Shown one piece after another: positions 23,521 to 34,480 of a DNA stretch of 64,000 nt (the first letter of the stretch is position 1; every line of letters begins with the position of its first letter). The DNA is from Carcharhinus amblyrhynchos (Eukaryota), in contig OZ336874.1 in the NCBI GenBank assembly GCA_965287045.1, positions 41,292,001-41,356,000 on the forward strand, written 5' to 3'. The notes under the pieces were generated by a model. The model searched no databases. It had not been told where the DNA came from and saw only the letters and a program-made list of their open reading frames with translations. The translations under genes were made by a program, and so were the position numbers.

Positions 23521-26305
23521 CTGTGTGTTGTACACCAAACCCCACACAGCCCCATCAAAGTAGATCTAATGCTAAGGGAGTTGTAAAGGAGTTGAATGCT
23601 AGGTTCTACTAGTGAAACATTAGCAGGATCAGACCATAATCAGTGTGTTTGTTATCAAGGGACACAGGTTACTTATGTTCGCCTTATTTTTGTCCACTCC
23701 TGTTTCTCCTTTGCCCACCATTATTTCCCCCCTAACCTCAAACATTCCCTCACCCTCCCAGCCTCTGGGAGCCACCCTTTTCCAGCTCTCCCACACAAAT
23801 GGCAGTCCTGGTGTCCAAATAGGATGATGTCCTTCTCCCTTTGTGAGTAATGGATACTGATCTGCATGCTGAACTGCCTGTGGTCACACACAATTTGCAA
23901 AAGTAGATCCTGTTTAGTTCCTGAAAATGGTTGGGCTCACATGAGATTCTCGCAATGCAATATGCCTACAGTCAATGGCATCCAGCACCATAGAAATATC
24001 TGTCACAATCTGCTTGCCTCTGAATGGAGGGAACATAATTCAATTATTTTCTGTGTACAGAGAGATCCAGTGACTATCCCTATGCAGCAGTGTTCTGAAA
24101 ACTCAGATAATGCTTACATCCTTAGAAGCAACCTTTGAGGAGACAGATACATAAATGTCAAGAGCCATGGTTGCCTTAACAACTGCAGATAATGCTACCC
24201 TTGCCCTTTGAGGCTATAGTAGTTAGCAAAATTCAGTCAAAGTCTCTTTTATCGAGCAAAGCCAGTTCATGCATTGGTCCTCATTGAAGTTGAAATAAGA
24301 GAATTACTCCCCAGATACCTTGTTTGCTATGATTTCATTCTGAGAGTCTTTCTCCCTTTCTTTCTCCTCCCACTTTTAGCAGCTTTTCCTGCTCTGCTTG
24401 ACCTCTCCTCATTCTTCCAATCTTGCTAAGTTCCTATAGCAAACCCTTGCAGGCCAGTGAAAGTAACTTCTTGTAGCACAAGCTTTTAAATGAACAGAAC
24501 GTATCATCGCAAATCCAATCAAACTTTAGCTAAATATAGAAAAGTTCCAAAATTGAATTCCAGTTACATCAACAGTAAAACAAAATCCAGAAACTAACCT
24601 CTAAGTAGTCCATGACCCCTTTAAATAGCGCTGGTGGAAATGTCCTTCATTCCATATATTGATGTGTTCATCTGTGTGAGGTCGGTTGGTGTGTGGAGTT
24701 TGAACATTGCAGGACTAGTCAACATTACACATTGATTGATGGGAAAATCTGCCTGTCCTACATACTTGCCAGCATATCATGCCATCCCTTCACCAAGACG
24801 GTGTGCTGCACACTTCCTGTGTGTGCTTGCCTCTTGGGTCTCAGTTTGGAGAGTTGAGTGCTGGCATTGTACCTAAAAAAAAATTAAAAAACCTGCTCCT
24901 CCATAGACCAATTTAGTTCCTTCAATGCATCTCATAAATCCACAAATCATGCTTCTACAATGTAGTCCATGCATTCTTCCTTGAATATGACTGCAATGTT
25001 GCTTCTCTAGATGTTTGTTTGAAATTTAGTTAAGTGATCTCTGTTGACAGTTTTACGATGTAAAAAAAATCATGCTTTGGAATGAAGCTGAACAGATGGG
25101 ATAAACAGCAGAAATTCATCCCACTGGTTTATTCTGGAGTGCTAGTACGTCACAAGAATGACTAACAGAGATGGGAATGCTTACTGTGACCTGAGAGATT
25201 CAAGCAGCAAACTATCACAATTGAACGCATTCTTCTAGTCATATTATGACAGAGCTGAGGAGTTTCAGCCCTTTAACTCAATTTCACTCTTGATTATGTA
25301 TAGTTTCACAAATCTATAACTAGATGGACAAAAAAATTGTCTGCTTCAGCAAGTTTAATACTATTCTGGTGCACAACTACACAGAGAAAACTTCAGTTAT
25401 GTTATTCTAAACATATTTTCAATAAATTAATAACATAATATGAGGTGAGTACCTATTTGTGTATGCTATTAATTTAATTTTGGTACAAATATTGTAAATG
25501 GAGCAAATTTAATAATGCAGTCCCTTGCGTAATATCTTTCAGATTCAATCAATAGCTGCAGAAGTGGCACCACAACGTCATGGACTTACTTTCTTAGTTC
25601 TGTGCCTTGATTTCACAGAATTATTATGCAGGATTCTTGCCCTTTCTAGTTGCCATTTTATAAAATAGCTAAGTTCATCAGACTGATGGTATTCAGTCGA
25701 GATTGTCTGCATGTTTAAAGTTACACAGAGAATTTCTGATTATCCGATGTGGATTCAAAAAGTAGTTGATTAAAAAGTAGGGTAAAAAAATGCTGTATTA
25801 TGCTGAACACTTTCTTAAGGTAATTAAAGATGAATTATTGGCATGTACTGCAGCTGTTTAGTCAACTGAAAAATTGAATATTTTACTTGTGAACTGACTC
25901 GCTGCGTTTGATGCTAACTAGGAGGTGTGCTGGGAGCAGGCTGTGAGGGAGCAGACAGAGTCCAATATTAGCTGGCAAACCCAGAAGTTTGCTCTGTGCG
26001 TCTGCCATTGGCTTTTTAAATCATCCATCTCATTCTAGGTTTATTTTGAAGTTTGCTTCAATCACCAACTGTGGGTAAGGTGATGACCTGCCTAACACAA
26101 TCTCAGTTCCAGTATTAAAAGGACTAATCTGGGCTGAGTCATGAGAGAGGTTATGCCAACAGTGAAATGGAAATTTGGACCCCTCTCCAAGCGCTTCCAC
26201 TTTTTGCCCCTCCAACTGCTACCATTCCCCACTCCATTCCTAACAGTATCCAAAATGTTGCCTCATTACCCAATGGAATAACAAGTCTGCTCCTGCACAG
26301 CTGCA

Positions 26306-26437
26306 GTGACAAAGAGTCACCTGGACTCGAAACCTCAGCTATCTTCTCTCCTTACAGATGCTGCCAGATCTGCTGAGATTTTCCAGCATTTTCTCTTTTG
26401 GCTTCAGATTCTAGCATCGTAGTAATTTGCTTTTATC
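26306..26437 (+). mobile_element. Penelope-like remnant with a decayed minimal hammerhead ribozyme
   Basis: gtgacaa-a-gagtc-acctg-gactc-gaaac followed by cagatgctgccagatctgctgagattttccagcattt. Confidence 0.65.
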
Positions 26438-27821
26438 CTACTTCATGTTAGAATTGAATCTGTTGTAACAGAATTTAATGTACAGGAAGTTTTCAAAGTA
26501 TCCCCCTGGCAATAACAGATGCAAGCATACAGTGGGGTAATTGCAATGGCTCCAAACATCACCCTTAAACTAAATTCAGCTTAAATAAAGAAGTGTGAAG
26601 TAGGGGATAGTTGCAGAGGGAGATGGAACAGGAACTTCCAGCACTTTCCTTTTCACCTTGAATTAGAGACATTTTTTCTGAGCTGTAAATGTGAGCTGTT
26701 AATTTTGCTAATGCTTCAACACGGGTGCAAAGAAATCCTGTGTCATTTGGCTCACAGGCTCCGAGGCAGTCAATAGCTTGCTGTAGATTTTGTTTGCCGA
26801 GCAGGGAAAACAGCCCAAAAGCCAGCACGTAAAAGACAGCAGAAGCACGGAAATGCAAATCTGTTTGTTTCATAATAACCAAGGGAATTGCAAATGATTC
26901 AACAAAGCCACGCTCGTATTCAACAACAGCCAACTTATGCAATTTTATTTTCATATCTTCAGTGCTCTTATTGATGTTTGCAAAAAAAAACTGCTCGCAT
27001 TGCTATTTTTGTTTAGAGACTTTTTCACACAGTTAATTTGTACAACAAAATGACTATAAATCGTTATCAGCAGCAATCTTCCAGGCTACCTCCAACTAAT
27101 GCAACAGAGCAGAGAGCAAGGCAACTTTTCTGTCTACGTCTCACACTAGCAGTTGGTCCACCATTGACCATTTAGCTTTTCAGATAGAGGGGGGTATAAG
27201 AGACTGGAGAAGGAGGTGGAGAAAGGAAATGTGCAGGTTGAAGACACCAAAACCTACATTTATATAAACTTAGCAGGGAAAGCCCCATTGATCAGGACAA
27301 TACTAAGAAGTGTATTCATCATGATACACCAAGAAATCATGGTTAGATTCTTTCATGCATCAAGCCAAGTATTCTAGCAAATTTAAACAGGCAGAGACCC
27401 TGTAAGACACTAAACCGAATCCAAGGTTGATATTTGAAATTATTGAAAATATGGGAAAAGGAAAATGTCAAGGAGCAAATATCAAAAAAGGAATAAAATT
27501 GAAGTAAAAAAGAAAAAGCAGCATGGATTTATTTGTTTTGTTTTAAATGGGCAAAGGATTTTGGCTGTGGTTATCATACTTCCAGCAATTGCTATTTTAG
27601 CCTCTATCCCTACAAAACTGGATAAGTATTCCTAACACTGCTAAATATGGATTTTGCTGGATAACCTTCAATTTGTAATAAATCCCTCCCAATTCTCAGG
27701 ACTGCTCATCAATACTAACCAAATCTGATTTGATTTATTACTGGCATATGTATTAGTTTGTAGTGAAAAGTATTGTTTCTTATGGACTATGCAGACAACG
27801 CATACCGTACATAGGGAAGGA

Positions 27822-30344
27822 AAGAACAAAGAACAACCCAGCACGGGAAACAGGCCCTTCGGCCCAACGAGCCCACGCCGCCGCATCACCCTACACCTAT
27901 TCTACCCTGCATGTCTACGAATGGAGCCCCTACTCAGTCAGATTCAGGGAAGAAATAGTGTCAATTTGGTAAAAACCGATTAGCCTAAGAGCACATCTTT
28001 GGGGCGTGGGAGGAAACCGGAGCGCCCGGAGGAAACCCACGCAACCACAGGGAGAATGCGCAAACTCCCACCGACACAGGCCCAAATCCATGTGTCTGCA
28101 CAGCCAGCAGTGCTAGTCACTGAGCTGTTGCGGCGCCCGTCTACCGGTCCAGGATCAAGCACACACACCGACATGAAGTACTAGGCCACTCCTGGAACTT
28201 CCAAGAGCAGCCCACGCACGACCCACCGTGTGCATGCCCCTCGTTTGACACGAGGTGGACCTCCACCTGTGGAATAAAAAGACAAAAACGTTAATCTTAC
28301 AGCCTGCCTTTCCGGTGTCTCCCGAGGTTTAACCCTATTTAATAGCCCCTACCATATCCCTCCATTCTCGTTTCACTCATGTGCCTATCTAACTGCATCT
28401 GAAACGAGTCCAACGTTCCTGCCTCCACCACCCTACTCAGTAGCGCGTTCCAGACCCCCACAACTCTCTGCGTAAAGAACCTTCTTCTCACCTCCAAATT
28501 ATACCTCTCCCCCCTCACCCTTAAATGATGACCTCTCGTGTTCGTACCCAGTCTAGGGAGCAGTCTCTCACTATTAACTCTATCTATTCCCTTCAGTATC
28601 TTATATACTTCTATCATGTCCCCTCTCAATCTCCGTCTTTCCAAGGAGAATAGTCCCAGTTTCTTCAACCTCTCCTCGTAACCCAGTCCCCCCATGCCAG
28701 GCAACATCCTGGTAAACCTCCTCTGCACCCTTTCCAGAGACTCCACGTCCTTCCGGTAGTAAGGTGACCAGAACTGGACGCAGTACTCCAAATGCGGTCT
28801 AACCAACGTTCTGTACAACTGAAGCATTAGACGGCAGCTTTTATACTCTATGCCCCTTCCTATAACGGCTAACATCCCATAAGCCTTCCTAACAACCTTC
28901 TCCACTTGTGACGCAACCTTCATGGATTTGTGAACCTGCACTCCCAGGTCCCTCTGTATGCCTATACTCCTAATCGGCCTACCTTTTATCACATAGCTCC
29001 TCTCTGCATTATTCCGTCCAAAATGCATCACCTCGCATTTGTCAGGATTAAATTCCATCTGCCACCTATCTGCCCACTGCACCAACCTATCTATATCCTG
29101 TTGTATCACCTGACAATCCAGTTTCATTCCCGCCAACCCTGCCATCTTGGTGTCATCAGCAAACTTGCTGATCACACCACCTACGCCCTCTTCCAAGTCA
29201 TTTATGTATACTACAAAGAGGAGAGGTCCCAGTACTGAGCCCTGTGGCACACCACTGGTCACTGGCCTCCAGCCCGACAAGGTCCCCTCCACAACTACCC
29301 TCTGTCTCCTATTTCCCAGCCAGTTCTCAATCCACCTAGCTACCTGGCCTCGTATCCCATGCGCCTTAACCTTTTCTACCAGCCTACCGTGAGGGACTTT
29401 GTCAAACGCCTTACTGAAATCCATATAGATGACATCAACGGCTCTCCCATCGTCAACCGTTTTTGTCACCTCCTCAAAGAATTCCACCAGATTCGTAAGG
29501 CAAGACCTCCCTCTAACAAAGCCATGTTGCGTATCCCTAATCAGATCGCAACGCTCCAAATGCTCATACATCCTACCCCTAAGTATTTTTTCCATTAACT
29601 TCCCTCCCACCGACGTCAAACTCACCGGTCTATAATTCCCAGGGTTATCCCTACTACCTTTTTTGAACAGCGGGACCACATTTGCTACCCTCCAGTCTTC
29701 TGGGACCTCACCTGTGTCCAAAGAAGAGACAAAGATTTGCGCCAGAGGCCCAGCAATTTCATCTTTCACTTCCCTAAGCAGCCTGGGATAAATACCATCA
29801 GGCCCCAGAGCTTTATCCGTCCTTACGCTACCTAAAAGCCCTAGCACTTCCTCTCTCGTAATAACTATATCCTGCAACTGAACCTCCACTCCCTCCAAGA
29901 GACCGCACAATTCCGAACCCCTCTCCTTCGTGAATACCGACGCAAAGTATTCATTCAGGAGCTCCCCCATTCCCTCCGACTCAATACACAACTCTCCACT
30001 CTTGTCCCTAAGAGGACCAATTTTCCCTCTAACTACTCTCTTGCCTCTAATATAGGAATAAAATGCCTTTGGATTTTCCTTAATCCTACCAGCCAAAGCC
30101 ATCTCATGCCCTCTCTTCGCCCTTCTAATTCCCCTTTTTAGCTCCCTCCTACTCTCTCTATATTCCTCCAGCGCACTCTCCGTACCCATTTGTTTTGACC
30201 TAACACACGCCTCCCTCTTCTTCCTGACCAAGTCTTCAATATCCCCCGTAATCCACGGCTCTCTAATCCTACCTTTCCCATCCTTTCGCTTAACCGGAAC
30301 ATACCTCCCCTGCAACCATTTCATTTTGTCCCTAAAAGCCTCCA
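27822..30344 (-). mobile_element. Young 5'-truncated CR1 LINE with an atypical long 3' UTR
   Basis: Uninterrupted RT ORF, CpGs retained, CR1 3' hairpin gggccgaagggcc plus (tgttctt)-type tail; possible gaaag duplication at the junctions. Confidence 0.95.
28339..30324 (-). CDS. CR1 ORF2 reverse transcriptase (partial; no endonuclease domain)
   Basis: 661 aa: GPDGI, GNYRPVSLTS, QHGF..GRSCLTNL, DFSKAFDKVPH, GVPQGSVLGPLLF, KFADDTK, DLGV, RPHLEYC.QFWSP; the start is only the first ATG after the 5' truncation. Confidence 0.95.
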   Translation of the reverse strand: MKWLQGRYVPVKRKDGKGRIREPWITGDIEDLVRKKREACVRSKQMGTESALEEYRESRRELKRGIRRAKRGHEMALAGRIKENPKAFYSYIRGKRVVRGKIGPLRDKSGELCIESEGMGELLNEYFASVFTKERGSELCGLLEGVEVQLQDIVITREEVLGLLGSVRTDKALGPDGIYPRLLREVKDEIAGPLAQIFVSSLDTGEVPEDWRVANVVPLFKKGSRDNPGNYRPVSLTSVGGKLMEKILRGRMYEHLERCDLIRDTQHGFVRGRSCLTNLVEFFEEVTKTVDDGRAVDVIYMDFSKAFDKVPHGRLVEKVKAHGIRGQVARWIENWLGNRRQRVVVEGTLSGWRPVTSGVPQGSVLGPLLFVVYINDLEEGVGGVISKFADDTKMAGLAGMKLDCQVIQQDIDRLVQWADRWQMEFNPDKCEVMHFGRNNAERSYVIKGRPIRSIGIQRDLGVQVHKSMKVASQVEKVVRKAYGMLAVIGRGIEYKSCRLMLQLYRTLVRPHLEYCVQFWSPYYRKDVESLERVQRRFTRMLPGMGGLGYEERLKKLGLFSLERRRLRGDMIEVYKILKGIDRVNSERLLPRLGTNTRGHHLRVRGERYNLEVRRRFFTQRVVGVWNALLSRVVEAGTLDSFQMQLDRHMSETRMEGYGRGY

Positions 30345-30880
30345 GAGAAAGGAGAGGGTGCAGAATGTAGTGTTACAGTCATAGCTAGGATGTAGAGAAA
30401 GATCAACTTAAAACGAGGTAGGTCCATTCAAAAGTCTAGTGGCAGCCGGGAAAAAACTGTTATTAAGTCGTCTGGTACATGACTTCAGACTTCTGTACTT
30501 TTTTCTGACGGAAGAAAGTGGAAGAGACTATGTCCGGGGTACATTAGGTCCTTGATTAAGCTGACTGCTTTTCTAAGGCAGTGGAAAATGTAGACAGTGT
30601 CAATTGATGGGAGGCTGGTTTGTATGATGGATTGGGCTTCTTTCACGACCCTTTGTATTTTGGTCTTGGACAGAGCAGGAGCCATACCAAGCTGTGATAC
30701 AACCAGAAAGAATGCTTTCTATGGTGTATCTGTAAAAGTTGGTGAGAGTTGATGCAGACGCCAAATAATCTCCTGAGAAAATAAGGGCATTGGCAGGCTT
30801 TCCTAACTGTAGCGTCGGCATGAGGGACCAGGACATGTTGTTGGTGATCTTCACACCTAGAGACTTGAATCTCTCAGCCA

Positions 30881-31200
30881 GTGGCATGGTGGCACAGTGG
30901 TTAACACTGCTGCCTCACAGTGCCAGTGACTTGGGTTTGATTCCTGGTTTGGGTCACCATCTCTGTGGAGTTTGCACTTCTCCTTGTGTCTGCAGGCATT
31001 TCCTCCAGGTACTCTGGTTTCCTCCCACAGTCCAAAGATGTGCAGGTTAGGTGGATTGTTCATCTAAATTGCCCTTTCGTATCAGGGGGACTAACTAGGA
31101 TGAATGCATGGGGTTATGGGGACTGGCCTGGGTGGAATTGGAGTCAGTGCAAACGTGATGGGCCAAATGGCCTCCTCCTGCACTGTTAGCTTTTATGATT
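30881..31200 (+). mobile_element. HE1-type V-SINE inserted in the Rex1 LINE
   Basis: Head, core and tail; Rex1 sequence resumes at 31201 (tccacttcatccctgttgatg). Confidence 0.9.
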
Positions 31201-31507
31201 TCCACTTCATCCCTGTTGATGTACATGTTGCTACATTTCAGGCAAAAAAATCCTTATTAGGGGTTGGCTAGCATAATGGTGTGTTCTCTCTCTCTGGAAA
31301 TGTTTCAACTTCCCTCATAAACAACAATTATGCATTCCAACTAGAGACTCGGACATGAGATGCCTTCTGCTTGTGCTGCATTGGAAGCTGAGACATTGAC
31401 CATCAGACACTGCTTGATTGATTGATGCATGTCTTATCATGGTGTTGGCCAATGCTTCCACGCTGGAAAGATGAGTGTGAATCTCTGTGCAAAGTCCTCT
31501 GGCGTGT

Positions 31508-31800
31508 GGGACAGCACGGTGTCACAATGGTAAGCACTGCTGCCTCACAGCGCCAGGTACCTGGTTCAATTCCAGCCTCAGGTCACTGTCTGCATGGAGT
31601 TTCCTCCGGGTGCTCTGGTTTCCTCCCACAGACCAAGGATGTGCAGGTTAGGTTGTTTGGTTAAATTGCCCCTTAGTGTCAGGGGAACTAGCAGGATAAA
31701 TATGTGGGGTTACGGGGATAGGGCCTGGGTGGGATTGTTGTCAGTTACAGACTCAATGGACTGAATGGCCTCCTTCTGCATTGTAGGGATTCTAAGATTC
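31508..31800 (+). mobile_element. HE1-type V-SINE with internal deletion
   Basis: Head ggttcaattcc, shortened core, tail gggattctaagattc. Confidence 0.9.
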
Positions 31801-33729
31801 ACCTATTCATACTGGTCTACAAGCAGTGTTGTAAATGCACTTACATGATCGATTGGGTCTATCTTGCCTCCTTTTAACTGCTGGGCTTCCTGAGGTCTGG
31901 AAAACTCAGAGAAATTTGTTTTAAAAATAGAAAGCTTGATAAATTGGGTGCACACAATCTCCTTCAAAGAATTCAGTGAACCACCTACTACCTGTGAGTG
32001 GATTGAACAGCCTTGCCTCATTTTGATTATAAGAATTAGAAGTGAGCAGGTTTGAGGTGGGTTCCGGTTCCAAATATTTAACCCCTTAAATTCCCATTTA
32101 CCCCAAATCTCACCCATTTTAAGAGGGGAAGGGGTTTAATTCACCCCATTATGTACTGCCTGAGTGTGTTGGAGATTGGGAGGAATGTGCCAAAAACAAC
32201 ACTGAGGAAAAAAAAACGCTGCATCTGGTGTATACTCTCCATGCTCCTTAGCAACACAAAATTATATTCTGAGAAGACATTTATATTTCAATATCATTTG
32301 CCTCTAGGATTCATTGGTGGGCCGAAAGTAATGAAGAATCAAAAACACCTTATTGTTTTTGGCTAGAGAGAGAGAGAGGAAAATATAACTCTGAATTTTC
32401 TAAACCCTGCTTCATATCAAAACGGTAAAGGTCATTTATTCCATTTTTTGAAAATGACAACATATACTCCTCTGAATGTAACAGTAATCCAGCAGACTCA
32501 TCCTTCTGACATGATCGACTGGAACTCTGCAGATGACAAATTGACAGGAGATGATCAATCTGTCATTCCATTTGGTAACAGTAGATGAAAGGGCAAATAT
32601 GGATGATTGGCACTGCGGAAAGTATCTGATTAACACCCAGGAGAAAACAGAAGGCATTAAAGGTCCTTGAATCTTCTGAGGAAGGACTAACGTTTGCTTT
32701 GAGTCTAGACAGAGGGCTCGGGTGAAAATTTTATACTAACGTTTTTGCACAATGATTAACATTTTAAACCACCCTCCATCAATCACCAAAGACTAAAAAA
32801 TCATTTCCCGTGAGTCCTGAAGGACAGGTTTGCGTCTCAATACCTAACTTTCATTGCATGCGAGCACTGGTGCTTCCTGTGGAATAAATGACATTTAGTT
32901 GAAATGCTGACTATGCATTGTTACAGGCAGCAGCAGGTCGTTTATTGCTATTTCCAACCATGAAGAGAGGAACATTAGGAATCATTCTGCATAACTAAAG
33001 CATTCTGCTCCTGAAACATTTTGAAGATAATTCCCACCGTGTGCAAGGTTATTATTACCCTCATCTTGGGACAGCACCATGTGCTGAAACATTTCTTTTT
33101 AAATTGTTCTTTTAACTTCTGTCTTGTGTCAGAGAAGGAAGGTAGGCTGAATTACTCTCTACCCAGCCTCTTTCAGGATGTAAAACGCCAGAGTCTGCGA
33201 GAGGGATACCCACGCCCCAATAAATTGTATTTCCCTTTCATTTGAGATGAAGCATCACGCTTCAGAGAGAAGTTAAAGTAAAACAGATTTTATTGAAGGC
33301 TGAGATGCTATTTTTATGACTTAAACTGCGGTGTTAAAATAAATCTTTTCATCCGCTGATTGCCTTTTAGTGTGATAGCAATTCCTTTAAAAACTCTGCA
33401 ATGATATTTAATTCATTCCCACAGGTTTGCTTGAGTAAAGCACTAGGTCAATTTGTCACAGAGTGCTGATTCATGTCAAAATATTGTTCAGATACAACTG
33501 CCCACGCATAAACGCACCCGTCAGATTCTTATCAATACAGTTAATAGCGGCCAAGATTTTACAAGCCCCCCCATGTGATGGGCTAGGAGGAGAGGGGTAA
33601 GGGGGTGTTGTGGACAGTAAAATGCCAGGGAACGATGTTGAGAGAGTTCAGCAATGCGACCCGAGCACTAAGCTATTTTCCCAGGGTGGGAATGGCAGCA
33701 ACTTGATTGCCTGTGTACTGGAGGTGGGT

Positions 33730-34001
33730 GGGTAGCACAGTGGCTAGCACTGCTGCCTCACAGCGCCAGGGACCCAGGTTTGATTCCGGCCTTGGTCACT
33801 GCCTGTGTGGAGTTTGCACTTTCATCCCGTTTCTGCACGGGTTTCCTCTGAGTGCTCCAGTTTTCTCCCACAGTCCGAAGGTGCGTCAGTTAGGTTGATT
33901 GGCCATACTAAAATTTCACCTAATGTCAGAAGGATTAACAGGGTAAATGTGTGGGGTTATAGAAATCGGGCCTGTGAAGGTCGGTACAGACTTGGTGGGC
34001 T
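33730..34001 (+). mobile_element. HE1-type V-SINE, 3'-truncated
   Basis: agcacagtggctagcactgctgcctcacagcgccagggacc, V core. Confidence 0.88.
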
Positions 34002-34039
34002 CCAGTCAGAAACCCATCCTTAATCTGTGAGGTCATGGG

Positions 34040-34480
34040 AAAAGAAAGAAAGACACTTCACAATGTTATCCACCTTTACACTCTACCACCTTCCCTCATC
34101 TTTATATGGTTCAGAGGGTGGACAATGCTCAATATTCAACCCACACAGCCATGTAATCCAGTATCTACTGTCCACACCATCCAGCGTGCATGGTGAGATC
34201 TTTGCCCCTTGTCCCCACTTCTTGACCCATCGCCCCCTGTTCCCAGTCTTCCTGTGAAGGGAGGGACCCTCCTCATTCTTCTCAATTTCTCGTGAAACAT
34301 TTAACACAATTGAACAAAGTTATTTTATGCCAACAGCTCTCCTCTGTTGCCCAGCTGAGTGGGACTGCCCTTACTCAGTTCTATTTTTACCACCTGGTTA
34401 AACCCTTGGAATCTCCTACAATGTATTTGATCCTTACACTTTCTACTTCTGGAAGTAGCCAATTGACCTATTCTTGCACA
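34040..34480 (+). mobile_element. Possible very degenerate Penelope (GIY-YIG region) remnant
   Basis: Weak by-eye resemblance to VYCI.C..C.....GE and IFRLG.L.P.G.N coding segments; many disruptions. Confidence 0.3.

Larger units (their letters stand above)
27721..31225 (-). mobile_element. Rex1/Babar-type LINE 3' part, hosting a CR1 and a SINE
   Basis: ERFKSLGVKITNNMSWS, TLTNFYRYTIESILSGCITAWYG, QRVVKEAQSIIQTSLPSIDTVY..CLRKA..IKD..PGHSLF..LPS; 3' end ...aataaatcaaatcagattt at 27721-27740. Confidence 0.85.

Noticed and set aside
26565-26954. 129-aa minus-strand ORF
   Set aside because: No recognisable domain or exon structure; length attainable by chance
27980-28174. 64-aa ORF in the CR1 3' UTR as a possible ORF3
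   Set aside because: Mostly translated SINE core; an in-frame stop separates it from the upstream splice acceptor; no recognisable domain
28930-29635. Plus-strand ORFs overlapping the RT (likewise minus-strand ORFs at 41089-44056)
   Set aside because: Antisense shadows of CR1 ORF2
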